Source: Nymphaea colorata
Taxonomy: Eukaryota
DNA length: 64,000 nt
Assembly (NCBI RefSeq): GCF_008831285.2
Contig: NC_045138.2
Coordinates: 40,176,001 to 40,240,000 of the forward strand
Direction: 5' to 3'
Shown here in pieces: positions 26,101 to 37,565 of the stretch. Each line of letters begins with the position of its first letter. Positions within the stretch are counted from its first letter, which is position 1. Both the position numbers and the translations under genes were made by a program. The notes beneath the pieces were generated by a model, which was given only the letters and a program-made list of their open reading frames with translations, did not search any database and had not been told where the DNA came from.

Positions 26101-29100
26101 TAAGAGGGAATACCTAGAAACACCAACATCAGATAATGGGAGCCAAATAACAAAGAGAATGATATGACCCAAACAACTTTTCACTTTCCCACCTTATCTC
26201 TTACAAAACCCAGAACCTTTTCACGGACATTCTCATCACTTCCTTCAATATGTTTAAACAGAGCTGTCAAAGTTTCTGCAGTCCCAACCAATTTTTCAGC
26301 ACATTGCACAGCAGAAGCACCGTAAACAAAGGTAACCATGGATATCACATGCAAAAAAAAGGTTGAAAATCAACACTATACCCTTCAATTATGAACCATT
26401 CCATCAAACGAGAATGTTGTATAATGAAAGCTAAGAACTGAGAATTAATCCCAAAAAATATCAAAAATGGGAAGAACAAGATAATGAAAATATTAAAAGC
26501 CATAAAAAGATAATCCTAGTTTCATGATCATCAATGTAGCTCAGAAGCAAATCCATTAAAAAAAAATGCAGAGCTAAAAAGTTGTCATAACCACACTTCC
26601 TGTGTAATGTCAAGTAGCACCACAGTTCATACCCGAACAAACCCAACTCATGTAGTCCCTAATCTAAAAAAACATCCACTATGATAGATAATACTGATGT
26701 TGCCATCAGAATTTGGCCATGAGAAAAGGAAAGAACCATCTTGAAGCTGCACAACATTAACAAAGCAAAAGTATGTTTGTATACATGATATAAGTTCAAG
26801 ACATTCATCAAACAGCCAGCAGCAATATTTTAAACTTGAACCTTTCATCGAGATATAATATGAAGCCTCATCCTTTCTTGAGCAATACTTAATGCCAAAC
26901 AGAGAACAAAACAGAAATAACTGAGACAAGTTTCTTCAAGGAAACTAGAAAGGCAGTGTTCATTTCCCACTATCCCTATATAAATTAAATTTTTGCAGTT
27001 TTTGACTAGTTTTCTATAACTAAATGTTATATAAGAACCATGATCCATTTAAAAAATAACAAAGCGGGGGAAGCTATTTGTCAACCTACAAATATTTCAT
27101 GGAGAAGAAAAAAAGAAAAAACAAATAGATGCTAAAGTTTGGAAACTACTTCCCTCAAAGCCAAGTTACATATTACCAAATTGAATAGTGTTATTTACCA
27201 AACAGTCCAAATATCATTGTAACCATGACCTTCAAAAATCCATTTTGCCATTTTCAAGCAAGCCCAAACAATATATGCCTTATAGCTCACATGGCATTGA
27301 CCCATCCAATATTTATTACTTACTAGTTGCTGCCTTTGTAGGATACTAGACATGACTCAGCCCCTTCTTGGCTGATCATATAGCTTGGATGCTACATATC
27401 ATTTCTCATAATATTCTTCATGATGGTTGTTGATTTGGAGATCAGGTTACATCAAAAAAGGTTCTGTAGATATCTAAGAATTTCTTTTTCTGTTTAGCTT
27501 TCACTTGCATTCAAAATTGTTTCTGAACAGAAACAGCATCACCTGAGTATGTTGGAGAATATTACTTAAAACCAATACTGTCCTCATTCCATAAGCATAT
27601 CATATAACTTTCCTCTTGGTAAGGGCCACCGAATCTTAGTATAAGAGTGAATACAACTTCAACAAGGTCCCCAACAAGTAGTCTCAACTCTCAAGATACT
27701 AGAGAGATGGTTCGAAAGGGGCTGTTTGTAGGAGAAGAGAGTGAATAGGCACCACAGAAGACCAGGCTTAAGAAAAGGAAAAACAAACTTAACAAAACCA
27801 CGTTCAGGTAGTAGGAGTGGTTCTGGAAAGCCCACTGAGTTCCTCTCCTGAAGAAAGTGAACATTGACTTCTGCCTCCATGATGATAACAGGAGGTGATA
27901 TAACTTTTCCTATGGGGTCTAAATCAACTAAACAGTAACCTTCGTAGAAGAAAAAATTTATACATTATACATCAAAAATATATTAAATACAATTATTTTG
28001 ATTCAATTATTGGAATGAAAAAATGAGGTTGCAAACAGCAATAGTATGTGCAATATATTTTCTGAAATAAATAGCTTACCCTTAGTGTCCTGCCTTAACA
28101 ATGACAAAATAGATTTTTGCACGGCATCTCGCTCCAGATTTTCCTCTAGATGCATCAAAATAGCAAATTAATCATCAAAGCTAAAAAGCAATAAACTATT
28201 CTTAGTTGGAAATTTGTTTAACGTATGAAGGCAGTTACCAGCTACGAGGAGTTGCCCGAGGACATCCACAATTTTAGCGACATTCTCTGACGAATCCTTA
28301 CCAAAAAGAGGAAGAGCACGAATTGCCTGTACTCTTATCTGCATCCATGGGAAAACTTAAAAACAGTTTACTATCAAGAGTAAACACTGCATTCACATTG
28401 GTAGCATCAGAACATATTCAGATATGCGAATAGACAGCTTTTTGCCCAGTTCGTGGCAAAGCAAACATAGAGAAGGAAAATGACACAAAACCTTTTCCTG
28501 GTAGCTAAATTATAATAGACATACACTATTCTCCTCAAACTCATAGAGAGTAGAAACAACTTTGAACCAGTTGGCAACATTTAACATACATATCAGATGC
28601 GGCGCAACTGCAGATTCAACAAAACTAATTCCTTCCGAGCAAAAACTGGAATCTGACCAATAAGAAAATAGGATTCACGGCGTTCATGGGTAGCAAAAAA
28701 GCGCACTTCTTCCCCTGGCTAGAGAACGGAAACCATCAAAACTCCGTTGGTCTGGAGAAACTGGCATGCTTCTCAACCCTATGCGGAGATGAAGAAAGTA
28801 TGTTGTGAACAGCTTGCTTCCATGCTGCCCGTGAATGCACAATGATGTAAAAAATCATTAATCCAGAACTACAGCAGCCATCTGACTAAAAAGGAGCAGT
28901 TCTCGTCTAGTTTTGTGGAACTTTTTTAATAAGTTTGATTCTTTATCAGTCATAAAAGCCTATTCTCCAATCTCTCTTCCATGTTCCTGGGATCTAACCC
29001 ATTGAAGGAAACCTTCCCTTTCCTCCGGTTTATCACCGGCAGGGTCCTGTGCAAAGCGGTGAAACTAAAATTCGAAGGTAGTGCTCTTGCTGAACTTGAG

Positions 29101-29860
29101 AGGACGCCTAATCATAAGAGCTGAGAATGCTTTAGTCATGATTACCCTGCACCCGTTTCTCCATGTACCCAAGAAGCCACAACTGTTTATAGTGTCGATC
29201 TAATCTCCCTGCCAACTCGTTCCCATTTCACATAACGAGCCTCTCTTCTTCAATCCTTGAAAAAGGCCACTCCTCTAGCACTTGTCCAACGCTACATTGT
29301 CGCGCCCTAACCGGAAACGCAGAGAACCCATAAAAGGAACCGCTCCTCCAAGCAGATGAAGCATTGGCGGGAGCCCCCCCCCCCTCTGACGGTTTCCATG
29401 TTGGTACCAGGCCATCAATTCCTCCCACCATCCACTCCCTAAAACCTCCTGGGACGTTCTTATCAAAAGGGAGAAGAAGAAACAGGCAAAAGAGAAGAAC
29501 TCACCCCCAACTCCTCTTCCTCGCACAGATCGAAATGGGCATTCATTGCTTCCGTCGCAAGGCTCGGGAAGTACTTGTAGAACCTTGGAATAAGCTGAGC
29601 TGCCAGCTGCTTCGCCTTCTGGCTGCCCTTTGCCGCCTCAATTATCCCTTTGTAATCACTAACATGCTGCAACAAAATCATAACGTTTACCATTTACTAA
29701 TCACCACCACCTACCAAAAACCCTAACTAGATTCCGAACCCCTATAGAGAGAGAGAGAGAGAGGGTCTGTTCTTACGGTGGATTTGTCCTTGGCTTCGTT
29801 GAGCCGTTCACCGAATTCGTAGAGCCTGTCGATATCGCTCTGCTCGTCGTTTGACCCCAT
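17184..29860 (-). CDS. API5: Apoptosis inhibitor 5 (API5), 16 coding exons, ~546 aa
   Basis: Exons: 29860-29777, 29666-29505, 28338-28239, 28145-28080, 26275-26193, 26113-26039, 25480-25331, 25072-25007, 24905-24840, 22401-22291, 22134-22045, 21940-21834, 17951-17837, 17738-17673, 17591-17473, 17364-17184. All GT-AG; total 1641 nt in frame. API5 motifs AKQLAAQLIPRFYKYFP, IRVQAIRALP, VECLLYTFHHL, LSWKE and a C-terminal RGG tail. Confidence 0.96.
19490..20350. mobile_element. Probable old DNA-transposon relic in API5 intron 12
   Basis: CTAG/ACTAGT motifs cluster at both ends, and strand composition is inverted relative to the surrounding intron. Termini and TSD not identifiable. Confidence 0.3.
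23164..23564. mobile_element. MITE in API5 intron 9
   Basis: Perfect 12-bp TIR CATAGTCACAAA...TTTGTGACTATG around an A-rich then T-rich interior; no matching TSD. Confidence 0.65.
23716..24384. mobile_element. hAT-type MITE (669 bp) in API5 intron 9
   Basis: Perfect 10-bp TIR CAATGTTATC...GATAACATTG. Identical 8-bp TSD GTTCTTCT at 23708-23715 and 24385-24392. CGTATCG/CGATACG subterminal arrays. Confidence 0.92.
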
Positions 29861-30535
29861 GAAGCCCTAAAAATGCAGATTGAAAGGAATGAACGCCCGC
29901 TAATGAGAGAAGAGAAGACGATAGATGGTATGCTGCTGCTTGAGGAGGAGGCAGAGGAGGACCTTGCGGAGGACAGATTTGGAGGAAGAAAGGGGAAAAG
30001 GGTTTTAGTCGTGGGTTTCGAGAGCGAGAGCGAGAGCGAGAGGGAGGGAGAACGAGGTAGCCGAACAAATGTAACCAGTGGGTTGTATGACGATGAGTCG
30101 ACGACCCTTTAGTCCTTAACAATGGGGAGACGGGAAGAATGTTCTAGTCTTCTAAAGCTACGTTGTTGAACAAATTTCTGGCTTTCCTTTAAGTGATGCG
30201 CCAAGTTTTGGCTTGCTCTAACCTTCTATCGGGTGCATGACAATCCGCCAATTATTTGTTTGTCAACTGAACTTTTCATAAACTTCAACCATTTTATAGG
30301 CGTAATTTGATTATTATCTATTTAACTAATCTAACTTAATAGAGACTGAACATTTTGTAATAAGGAAAAATGTAAAAAAGGCACTCATCAAGGTCCAAAC
30401 TTACTATTTGTTTTGTTCTTACCTTTTCACAATATTGTCCTTGTAAGACTCCCTGCCCTGGTCCAAGATTACTTCCATTTGAAAAAAAAAAACTTAATTT
30501 CAATATGATATATATGTGTAGCACCAATCAAGAGG

Positions 30536-30784
30536 CTTGGGCTTTTTTTCTTTTTGCCTTTCCTCTTTGTGTCACATTGTTCCCATGTCTATTCTACTGC
30601 TTGCGTTCAGCGTATCAACAAAATCTCGTGGGAACGAGATTTGAACCACCAAAGTCATTCTCTCGCCCTTATAATCCTAACATATGTTCGTGTTTGCAAA
30701 CAGTGGACACCAATGAGATTTGAACCAATGACTAGCCACCTATCAACTATTGGCTCAACTAGTTGCATCATATTCTTGCTTGGG
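30536..30784 (-). mobile_element. Possible degenerate tRNA-derived SINE
   Basis: Minus strand has an A-box-like TGATGCAACTAGTT, a B-box-like GGTTCAAATC (second copy further 3') and an A-rich tail. GCTTGGG occurs at both ends. Confidence 0.4.
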
Positions 30785-31473
30785 TTTATTCCTGATAAAT
30801 TAAGTTATGAAGTTTAAAACACAACCAACCAGATTTCATTGGCTTGCTTATCTTAAATTGCAAGTAGTCTAATCTTGAATTCAGCAGTAAGATCAGATCT
30901 TGTGCTTGTTTAACAACCAAAGAAAGGAAGGAGAATGTCCAAATTCTTCTTCCAATTAGTAGTCCGCAAGAAGATGCCACTTATTTTCTTCTTTCTTGCA
31001 AAGTTCACATATGCTCATGAGAGACATAAATTAAAGAAACAAAGTTATGATATCAAACTATGGATTTTAGCATCTACCCCCAACGTACATTTCAAATCCA
31101 TACTTTAATCTTAAAAGTGTGGATTTGGTATTAGGAACTTATGAAGGCACTTGGAGGTCTTTAGAATAACATGTTGCTAAATTTCAAATGAACTGAATTA
31201 TTTCACAAGTACTCCATTGGTGCTGTTGAATTTTTTATATTGTTGCAAACAAAATCAAAACCCTTGTTCCAAAGCCTTACATATATTAAGAAATGTGTCG
31301 GCATCAGTAGAATCCCCTTATTATTTTTTAAGGAAGACCCAAAAAACCTTTGGAAATTTCTAAGCAACGTTTCCATTTTTTATCCATAGGTCAAAACAAG
31401 AGGCGATCATATAACCTTTTCACTGATTGATCTCTCGATTAAGCCTCTTCTGAAGAAGTTCAGCTCACATTTA

Positions 31474-31672
31474 GGAAGCTTTTGATAGTTTGGAATTTTG
31501 ATTCAATGATGAAAATTCGAAGATCATAATTCTTAGGATAGGATCAAAATTTCAGGTTTCATTTTTCTAATTTTGAAAACAAAATTCAATGTTCGCTTAA
31601 TAATTTCGGTTTATTAACAAATGAGCATTTTGGTTCTGAAATTTCATAATTCTCGATATATCAAACGCTCCC
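31474..31672. mobile_element. Tourist-like (PIF/Harbinger) MITE
   Basis: Imperfect TIR GGAAGCTTTTGATA / TATCAAACGCTCCC flanked by TTA on both sides. Confidence 0.65.
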
Positions 31673-31763
31673 TTAGAGTCCCTTTCATACATAAGAAGTG
31701 AGATAGTTCTTCCTTCTCCACAACGGGCTTCTCCTCGCCATGTCCTTCTCTTCCACAAGTTAT

Positions 31764-32142
31764 TGTTGGAAATTTCTAGAAGGGAATCTAGTGCGCCAAG
31801 ATAGGAGGCAGATCACGAAGAACACAGATCATGCAAAAGATCAGGAAAGAAGATCAAGTCAAACAAAAGTCAAGAACAGATTAAGATTCTTTGAAAGAAA
31901 TAAGAGTTTATCTTAATCCCTTTTTTTCCTTTCTGTGAAGATCTAGCTTATCACGTTCCTGTTTCTTTGCTCCCATCTTCTATATATAGAGTTGTACCGT
32001 GGTTCTGAAATATGAATGAAAAACAAACCTTTCCCTTCTCGTGGATGTAGGCTTAAAACTGCCGAACCACGTAAATCCCTCTTCTCTCTCTCTTCTGTTT
32101 TTATCTAGCTTTCTTTGCTCTTGGATACAATGGTTTTCAACA
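31764..32142 (+). repeat. 5' LTR (379 bp)
   Basis: Direct repeat of 37000-37378; I count 6 substitutions and no indels. Confidence 0.97.
31768..31782. promoter_or_regulatory. Canonical three-unit heat-shock element in the 5' LTR
   Basis: gGAAatTTCtaGAAg is an exact match to nGAAnnTTCnnGAAn; function untested. Confidence 0.6.
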
Positions 32143-32154
32143 TGGTATCAGAGC
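32143..32154 (+). other. Primer binding site (initiator Met tRNA)
   Basis: TGGTATCAGAGC immediately follows the 5' LTR. Confidence 0.93.
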
Positions 32155-32827
32155 AGGTTCTTAAGAGAGAGTGCTTCATAGTGTTTATTGTTCCTAAAGA
32201 ACGCTAGTCACCAGAAGTATCACTCTGATCAGAGGATTGTTCGTTAGTCTTCTAAGTCTGATTGAAGACAAATTACAGAAGAAACCAGAGCTTCGCCTGA
32301 GAACAGCAATCCTTCTGGCAAGGTTCTGCCTTTACGGTAACAGTTTTTTTCCTAAAACTCAGAATTGGGGATTTTATGTTAATTGGGGATTTTCTATGCT
32401 TCGGTGATGTATTCTCATCATCATCTGGATTAACTTCACCATTCATTGATTCTCGTTGGAGGAAGAGAATTTCTGTTTAAAAAGAAAAACAGAGACCACG
32501 CGAGGAAGTTCGTTTAATCATTCTCTGGCGACGTCGGTATTTTTTGGGATTTTCAGTTGTCGAGCAAAGTCCTCTTGAATCCTCCCAGGTATTTTTTTAT
32601 CACTCCTACAATATTCCAGTTTTTTGGTACTCTGGAGAAAGTGATAGACGTTCCAATTTCCGGCAGCTCCTTTGGTAGTCATCTGTGACTAACGACTGAA
32701 ATTTATCACCCATGCCCAAAGTTGTTTGCGCTCGGTGTTTTTTTGGATCTTGTTCAGCTTGATCTCTTGTGTATTTAATTTTTTGCCCTGCTATTTGAGG
32801 AGTCGGTGTGCTTTTTTCTCTGTCTTC

Positions 32828-35800
32828 ATGGAAGAATCTAATCAAAGCAGCAATGTCAAAGAAAATCCAAGAAACAACGATCATAACGTCAACACGTTGA
32901 AGATTACATCTACTCTTCTCAATGGCAAAAATTACTTAAGCTGGGCAAAAGCTGCTCGTCTGTTTCTTAGTGGACGATCAAAACTTGGATTCATCAATGG
33001 TTCTATAAAACAACCTGATAAAGATGATCCAAAATACCAAGAGTGGGAGTCAGAAAACGACATGATTATGTCGTGGTTAATCAATTCTATGGAGCAGCCA
33101 ATTGCTAATTTGTTTCTTTACCAAGAAACAGCTAAAGAGGTCTGGGATACCTTGAAAGAGTTGTATGGAGAACAAAACAATCTGGCTCGTATTTATGAAA
33201 TTCAAATGGAAATTTCTAAGCTTACTATGGGAGATAAGCCAATTCAACTTTATCTTGGTCAGCTACGAAGTCTCTATGATGAACTCTTACAATACCGACC
33301 AGCCACCTTTGATCCTGATGTTTATAAACATAGATTTGAAGAAGATAAGATCTTCAAAGTTCTTGCTGGTCTACCTGATGATTATGAAGCAGTTCGAAGT
33401 CAGATTTTGATGACGTCTCCTCTTCCAACATTTAACAATGTTTGTCAGACCATACAAAGAGAGGTAGCCCGTCGAAAAGTTATGAACGTGTCCTCAAAAA
33501 TTAGTAGTGAAGAAAGTCTTGAGAAAATGGCATGTTATGTTAACAATAAAAAGGGAGACTCCAAACTACTCAATGATAGCAACAATGGCCAGAGAATCTG
33601 AAGCAGATTCAAATGCAATCACTGCAAGAAGATTGGACACACACGTGATAGATGTTGGGAGTTAATTGGTCGTCCAACGAAAGAGAAATCATCATCCAAA
33701 CAATCAGATCTAGCCAACTTTGTGACCAAGGAAGATCTTGAAAAATTCTTTCAAAAGTTTTCAAAGACGAATCTGGTTTCATCTCAACCAGTTGAATCTG
33801 AAGGTAAGAATCATGCTCTTATTTCTGTTTCTGCTGCTTCAACTTGGATTGTTGACTCTAGGGCCACCAATCACATGACTGGAAATTCTTTTAAGATTAC
33901 TAGTTTAGACAAAGAACAAAAACAACACGTCTTTACTGCAGATGAGTCTCCTATAGCAGTTGAAGGAGTTGGTAGAACTACTTTTCTTGAAAAAGATATT
34001 AAATCTAGTGTTCTCTATGTTCCTAAGATATCTGTCAGTCTAATGTCTGTGAGCAAATTAACAAAAACTCATAATTGTTTGGCTATTTTTTCTTCAAAGG
34101 AGGTGATTTTTCAGGATCGAAACTCGAAGAAAGTGATTGGTAGAGGACGCGAGCATGGAGGTCTCTATATGATAGATACGTGTGATGCTAGTTTCCTTAC
34201 TTACAGAGAAAAAGAATCTGAGTACCAAAAGTGGCATGCTCGCCTTGGACATGTCTCTGATATGAGTTTAAAGCAGCTGGTTTCTAATCTCACCATTGAA
34301 AGCAGGGCATGCGATGCTTGTGAGTTTTCCAAATCAACAAGGTTGCCGTTCCAACCTAACAGTGAGAGATCTTCTAATTTTTTCAGTTTAGTACATTCTG
34401 ATGTGTGGGGGCCTGCCCCTGAGGATTCTTATGCTGGTTTTAAGTATTATGTTTCATTTATTGATGATAAGTCTAGAATGACATGGATCTATTTTCTCAA
34501 AAATAAAAGTGAAGTTCCCACATTGTTTGAGGAATTCTATAACATGGTTCTCACTCAATATGGTTCTAAGATCCAAAAGCTTCGATCAGACAATGGAGGA
34601 GAATATGTTAATGACATTCTAAAAAATTTCTTGAAAGAAAAAGGCATCCAACCTCAGTATACATGTGCAGGAACCCCTCAACAAAATGGAGTTGCAGAAC
34701 GAAAAAATCGTCAGTTACTCAATATTGGTCGATCTATTATGATGCATATGAATGTTCCTTCACGTTTTTGGACTGATGCTATTGCTACAGCTTGCTATTT
34801 AAGCAATAGAACTCCAAATTCGAGTATAGATGATAAAATTCCTATTGAATTTCTTTTAGGAAGGACAGTTTCAATTCAACATCTCAAAGTTTTTGGGTGC
34901 AAATGTTATGTGCATGTTCAAGAAAATTTTAGGAACAAGTTTCAGAAACGAGCTACAAAATGTATTTTTCTAGGTTATTCTAGTAGAAAAAGAGGATACA
35001 AGTGTTATGATCCTATTTCTCGGAAACTTCTTGTTGCTCGTGATGTTAAGTTTTTTGAGTAGGAGCCATACTTTGGTGTCTCAATTCAAGGGGAGCAAGT
35101 AAGTAATGAAGATTTGCAGCACAGTGAGCAGGTTCAGCCTCTTGTTGATGTTTTTAACAACACCTCTGTTGTTGATCACCAGTCTATAGAATCTAATCCC
35201 ATAGATCATAGAGAGGGATCTATCATGGAAGAACCTGAACAAATATTCCCAGAGATCAATGTATCTGAATCAACCCAAAGCCAAGGTCCTGAGCTACCTA
35301 TTCGTCGTTCCACTCGTAATACTAGACCACCAATAAAACTGAGTGACTACTACACCTACTTGACTGCAGACAAAGTTCATTCAATAGAAAAATATGTAAC
35401 ATTTCAGACCCTATCTCTTCCGTACCAAACCTATGTGTTAAACACTTACTCCCAAACCGAACCAAAAACCTTTGATGAGGCAAACAGGGACAGTAGGTGG
35501 AGAGAAGCTATGAAAGAAGAACTTACTGCGTTGCACAAAAATCAAACTTGGGATCTTGTTCCTCTCCCTGAAGGAAAGAAATTGGTTGGATGCAAGTGGG
35601 TGTATAAACTAAAGTTTAAAAGTGATGGGACAGTGGAACGGTTCAAGGCTCGTCTAGTTGGAAAGGGTTTCATGCAAACAGAAGGAATAGATTACAATGA
35701 AACATTCTCTCCAGTTGCCAAAATGAACACCATCAGGATTTTACTTTCTGTTGCAGCTAATAAAAGGTGGGAATTAATGCAGCTTGATGTGAAAAACGCT

Positions 35801-36990
35801 TTCTTGCATGGAGAACTTCATGAAGAAGTTTATATGGAAGTTCCGCAGGGTGTTCCAAACCCAAGTGGGTATGTCTGTAAGTTAAAGAGGCTTTATATGG
35901 GTTAAAACAGTCTCCTCGTGCTTGGTTCTCTCGCTTAAGCGATGTTCTTACTCAAATTGGTTTTAAAAGAAGTTCAGCAGATTATACCATGTTCACCTAT
36001 ACTAGAGGATTGAAAATTGTTATCTTACTTGTTTATGTAGATGACATTATTTTGACAGGAGATGACACAGAATTCATGGCGCAAGTCAAACAACTCCTTA
36101 ATAAGCAGTTCGAAATCAAAGATCTAGGTGTTTTAAGGTATTTTTTGGGTATTGAAGTTGCTCACTCTGACAAAGGTATTTTTATTTGCCAACGGAAATA
36201 TATTCTTGACCTATTAAAAGAGACATGATACATTGGAGCTAAGGCTGCTGACACTCCTTTGGAACTAAACTGCAAACTGCGTAAAGAAGATGGAGACATT
36301 GTTGAGAATATTCAAGGTTTTCAGCAACTTGTTGGTAAACTCATATATTTAACTATGACCAAACCTGATATTGCTTATGCTGTTAGTTTAATAAGTCAGT
36401 TCATGCATAAACCAAGATCCACACATGTTGAAGCTGCCCATAGAGTGTTGAGGTATCTAAAAGGGACTCCAGGAAAAGGAATACTCATGAAACGTGATCA
36501 ACAACTAGAAGTAATCGGATACGCCGATGCTGATTGGGCAGGAGATCCAAATGATCGCAGATCTACGTCTGGTTACTGCACATTTGTTGGAGGAAATTTG
36601 GTAACATGGAAAAGCAAAAAACAAACCGTTGTGGCCAGATCAAGTGCTGAAGCTGAATACAGAGCAATGGCAGCTTGCACTTGTGAACTTATGTGGGTCA
36701 AAGCAGTACTAAAAGACATGAACATTGAAATAAAGAAAGCTATGAGCTTATTGTGCGACAATATGGCTGCAATATATATTGGAGCTAATCCTGTCTTTCA
36801 TGAGCGCACCAAACATATTGAAGTTGATTGCCACTTTATTAGAGAGAAAGTTCAAGATGGTACCATCACTACTCCGCACGTTAAAAGCGAAAGGCAACTA
36901 GCTGATATCTTCACTAAGAGTCTTGCAAAGGACAAACACCTTTACATATCAAACAAGTTGGGGCAGATTGATATCTGCTCACCAACTTGA
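32828..36990 (+). pseudogene. Disrupted copia gag-pol polyprotein
   Basis: LNGKNYLSW gag start, CNHCKKIGHTRDRC zinc knuckle, WIVDSRATNHM protease (DSG changed to DSR), integrase with HSDVWGP/RSDNGGEY/QNGVAERKNR, RT YVDD, RNase H ADWAG/TKHIEVD. In-frame stops at 33599, 35060 and 36226, and a frameshift near 35889. Confidence 0.95.
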
Positions 36991-36998
36991 GGGGGAGA
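36989..36998 (+). other. Polypurine tract
   Basis: GAGGGGGAGA directly before the 3' LTR. Confidence 0.9.
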
Positions 36999-36999
36999 T

Positions 37000-37378
37000 T
37001 GTTGGAAATTTCTAGAAGGGAATCTAGTGCGCCAAGATAGGAGGCAGATCACGAAGAACACAGATCATGCAAAAGATCAGGAAAGAAGATCAAGTCAAAC
37101 AAAAGTCAAGAGCAGATTAAGATTCTTTGAAAGAAATAAGAGTTTATCTTAATCCCTTTTTTTCCTTGCTGTGAAGATCTAGCTTATCACGTTCATGTTT
37201 CTTTGCTCCCATCTTCTATATATAGAGTTGTACCGTGGTTCTGAAATATGAATGAAAAACAGACCTTTCCCTTCTCGTGGATGTAGGCTTAAAACTGCCC
37301 AACCACGTAAATCCCTCTTCTCTCTCTCTTGTGTTTTTATCTAGCTTTCTTTGCTCTTGGATACAATGGTTTTCAACA
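37000..37378 (+). repeat. 3' LTR (379 bp), with an HSE at 37004-37018 and TATATATA
   Basis: Direct repeat of 31764-32142; ends 187 bp before the cysteine protease ATG at 37566. Confidence 0.97.
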
Positions 37379-37565
37379 GTTATACAATTCCATTAGTTGT
37401 TCTAATATAAACGAAGACGTGTACGCACATTGGTCATGCCAATTTAAATGCAACTAACTTTTGCAAGTCCCAATCCCGTGTTCTGATCATACTGTGCACA
37501 ATATTTAAAAGCCAAACTTGTTTGAATCCAAGGACATGCTGGACATGGCAAATACCTTACCTCCC

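Larger units (their letters stand above)
31764..37378 (+). mobile_element. Full-length Ty1/copia LTR retrotransposon, coding region inactivated
   Basis: TG...CA LTRs at 31764-32142 and 37000-37378. TSD GTTAT at 31759-31763 and 37379-37383. PBS TGGTATCAGAGC (tRNA-iMet type) and PPT present. Domain order gag-PR-INT-RT-RH. Confidence 0.98.

Noticed and set aside
33599..33601. In-frame TGA in gag as programmed readthrough
   Set aside because: It lies before the zinc knuckle and the element carries other random lesions; simple mutation is the more parsimonious explanation.
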